A stretch of DNA of 38,472 bases from Macrostomum lignano. Lineage: Eukaryota. Below the pieces are notes generated by a model, which did no database searches, was not told the origin of the DNA, and saw only the letters and a list, made by a program, of their open reading frames with translations. The position numbers were made by a program, and so were the translations under genes. Below, one piece after another: positions 35,218 to 38,472 of the stretch (position 1 is the first letter of the stretch; each line of letters starts with the position of its first letter). The stretch is from assembly GCA_002269645.1 (NCBI GenBank), contig NIVC01002696.1, forward strand, positions 85,077 to 123,548. Reading direction: 5' to 3'.

Positions 35218-37785
35218 AATCTGCTGCATGTTTTGAGCCAAAAAGATACGTCACCAATAAATTTTCAGACTCAAACTCTGTCACACTTGTCAGGTCTCAG
35301 AGCTGATTTAAGCAAGCAGATGAGGGGACCCAGCTGAGCAATCCACCTGCGGAGAAATACTGTTTGGGAATTTGGTCCAGAAAATGGGACAAATTTGCTT
35401 CTGATTTGGATGAGTTGTTGGGTTTGGGAGCTGCCACTCTTGAACTGAAAAGAATTTAGATTTAAAAAATTCAGGCGGATTTTATGTGTACATAATTTCG
35501 GATGTTCTGTGAAAATTGCAAATTATGCTGTAAATCAGGTGCAACTCTACAGACTTGATGATCGGTCAGCATGAATGTTCAAGCTTGAGTTGCTCTCGCA
35601 TACCCATGAGTTCGAAGCTACTCGTAAATAGCTGTTCAGGGAACACGGAAGACCTGGAAGACACTTCAGACTCGTTTCCGAAACTGTTCGTCAACATAGG
35701 CGGAGAAAAGCTCTCCTCGATAATAAATCCTAATCTAAAAAATTCCTCGATAATATCAGAACGTCAGGGCTCGGGTTCGGGGCCTATTTTTCGACATTGA
35801 CTTCTACTTACTAATCTGATCTATCTATCTAGGATAAGCCAACATGGTCGCAAGTTCGAGCCCCCAGCCGTCCGCAACACACACACAAAGCGACGCTGCA
35901 GGCAACCCTGGACCAGCGGCCGTTCCTCATCGGCCGGTGCCGCGCGACCACCTGACCTACCGGCTGCTGGATGCTGGCCCACTTGACCCCACTGACTCGA
36001 CTGACCCACTGGTCTACTGACCCCACTGACTCGACTGACCCACTGGTCTACTGACCCCACTGACGCACTGACCCACTGGTCTGCCGACACCACTGACCTA
36101 CTGACACCACTGACCTACTGATACCATTGGCCTACTGACCCACTGGCCTACTGACACCACTGGCTCATTGATCCACTAACACCACTGACACCACTGACCC
36201 ACTGACACCACTGGCCAACTGACGTTACAGACCCACTGACACCAGGGACATCACTCCCAGGGACAGCACTCATCACCAGGGACTGACACCAGGGACCCAC
36301 TGACACCACGGACATACTGACACCACTGACCTACTGACACCACTTACCCACTGACACCATTGACCCACTGACACCACTGACCCACTGAAACCACTGACAC
36401 CACTGACCCACTGAAACCACTGACCCACTGAAACCACTGACCCACTGACCCACTGGCCTACTGAGGCAACTTACCCACTGACTCTGCCACTGACCCACTG
36501 AATCCACTGACCTTATTTTCTATCAAGCGGTGTACACACTGGCTAGCGTGAATGCTCGACAAGTGCCATGCAATATGGCCGTGTGTGCTGAGTCGAACAC
36601 GGGAACTCACACCCGTGAATGCTCGGGCGAATGTTTGCGCAAGGGCCACGTGAATATCTTTGTAGATATTGGTGATTGGTGTCAGTGTAAAACAGCTCCT
36701 TAAACATATTCGCATAAGCCTACTAACAGTGGCAGTAGAAGCAAATTGCACGCCAAAAATTCGATTCCACCCCCTGGACAGGTCGCTTCGGCTGCCACCT
36801 GCGTCAGCTGTCCGAGGACTTCAACTTCACCGTCCAACTGCCCGGCCGGTCGTGGAGGGCGGCTCCGCACCGGCAGGGACTGTGCGGGTACGCGGAGCCC
36901 AGCCCAGCCGCCGTGGACCCATACGGTCTGACCCACACTGTCTGACCCACACTGTCTGACCCACACCGTTTGACCTGCACTTTCTGACCCACACTGCCTG
37001 ACCCACAGTGTCTGACCCACACCATCTGACCTACACTGTCTGACCCACAGTGTCTGACCCACACTGCCTGACGCACAGTGTCTGACCCACACTGTCTGAC
37101 CCACACCGTCTGACCCACACTGCCTGACCCACACTGTCTGACCCACACTGCCTGACGAACAGTGTCTGACCCACAGTGTCTGGCCCACACCATCTGACCT
37201 ACACTGTCTGACCCATGTTGACCCTCGCAGAATAGGGTCAAAAAGTTATAACATCTCTCCCATTTACCGGTTGTGGACATTTGCTCAGTTATTTGCCTCA
37301 TCACTGAACTCACATGCCCGCCCTGTGTTCTTCGAGCACTCTGTTGCCAGCGAGAACTTCAAGCTCAGTCATTTATAATAAAAAACTTTGGTGACTGCAG
37401 GATCAATTTTTATTTTTGTCAAAAAAACGTTTTTTTCTACTCTCTCAGTAGTGTTTATAGCGTGTATATTACAAAATTCAAACGCTGCTTTACAAGAGCT
37501 TCTCCGTTCTGAGCAAAGCATGCAGTGTCATCCAAGTGAGCATCGCTAAGTACATTAAAAGTACAAACTAACCTTCAGATGTGCAGAATCAGTGGCTTCA
37601 CCTGTACAGAAACAGTCTTTGTACATTGCAGGATTCTTCATCAAGACAAAGAAAAAGTTTTGCTAATATTATTATCCAGACCTGGCAGCAATGGCAACCT
37701 GCAGTCAGGCGGTTAAAAAACGGGATCTGACACTTTAGTTGAGACGATTATTTAAAAATATGAAGTTAATGCTGCGATAAACACA

Positions 37786-38472
37786 TCACAAATTCCTTCT
37801 TTGAGTTTTTTGCACAGGAGAGGGAAAACCGTGGCCGGCTCGGTGCGTGAGCAACTCGCTGGTGCTCTGGGCGAAACTCTGAAGTTCCTGAACTCGGACT
37901 GATCTGAAATTGAAAGTGCAGAGACAGTTCTTACAGGCTAGCTGACATTCTGACAATCTTACGTCCTGACAGTCTGACATCTGACTGTCTGACATCCTGA
38001 CAGTCCTGACAGTCTGACATCTGACAGTCTGACATCCTGACAGTCTGACATCCTGACAGTCTGACATCCTGACAGTCTGACATCCTGACAGTCTGACATC
38101 CTGACAGTCTGACATCCTGACAGTCTGACATCCTGACAGTCTGACATCCTGACAGTCTGACATCCTGACAGTCTGACATCCTGACAGTCTGACATCCTGA
38201 CAGTCTGACATCCTGACAGTCTGACATCCTGACAGTCTGACATCCTGACAGTCTGACATCCTGACAGTCTGACATCCTTACAGTCGACATCTGACACTAT
38301 CTTGCTGCTTTCCTGACGGTCAAACTGACACCCTGACTCACTTGAGCATGGAAGCAGGTCATCTCTGATTCCCGTTAGTGGCGTCAGAGCATCCCCAGCT
38401 GCTGCGGCCCCAGCTGCTCCTCCAGCACCGAGGTGGCGCAGTGGTGCTGCTGCAGCGAGTAGGTGGCCAGCG
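37786..38472 (-). CDS. 3' end of the single-pass membrane protein gene, copy 2 (exon 37903-37786 and exon from window end to 38342)
   Basis: Matches 20752-22034; this stretch has several 1-nt differences and may be lower quality. Confidence 0.55.

Overview
Eukaryotic (metazoan, probably lophotrochozoan/flatworm-like; this is inference) genomic DNA with GC3-rich exons, AT-rich intergenic DNA and many minisatellites. No prokaryotic features, CRISPR arrays or rRNA genes. The left ~9 kb holds the 3' end of a membrane-protein gene, a CORE-type SINE, a degenerate GDA1/CD39 NTPDase on the minus strand, a 3.5-kb two-variant 21-bp minisatellite and the last exon of a single-pass membrane protein. The rest is a head-to-tail tandem duplication (copy 1 ~9090-25074; copy 2 25103 to window end). 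It carries casein kinase 1 gamma, a secreted WSC+PAN/apple-like gene, unassigned exon-like islands and the 3' part of a minus-strand single-pass receptor-like gene. Main points: (1) CK1 intron 1 is mostly 7 or 9 exact tandem copies of its own exon-end plus 5' splice site, and only the first donor gives an intact kinase; (2) a short telomere-like tract sits exactly at the duplication junction; (3) copy 1 CK1 is disrupted by repeat-derived sequence; (4) a possible alternative di-cysteine C-terminus for CK1; (5) two copy-2-specific solo LTRs with clean TSDs and a shared 5'-truncated RNase H LINE; (6) many arrays begin at exon edges or carry splice-signal-like motifs.
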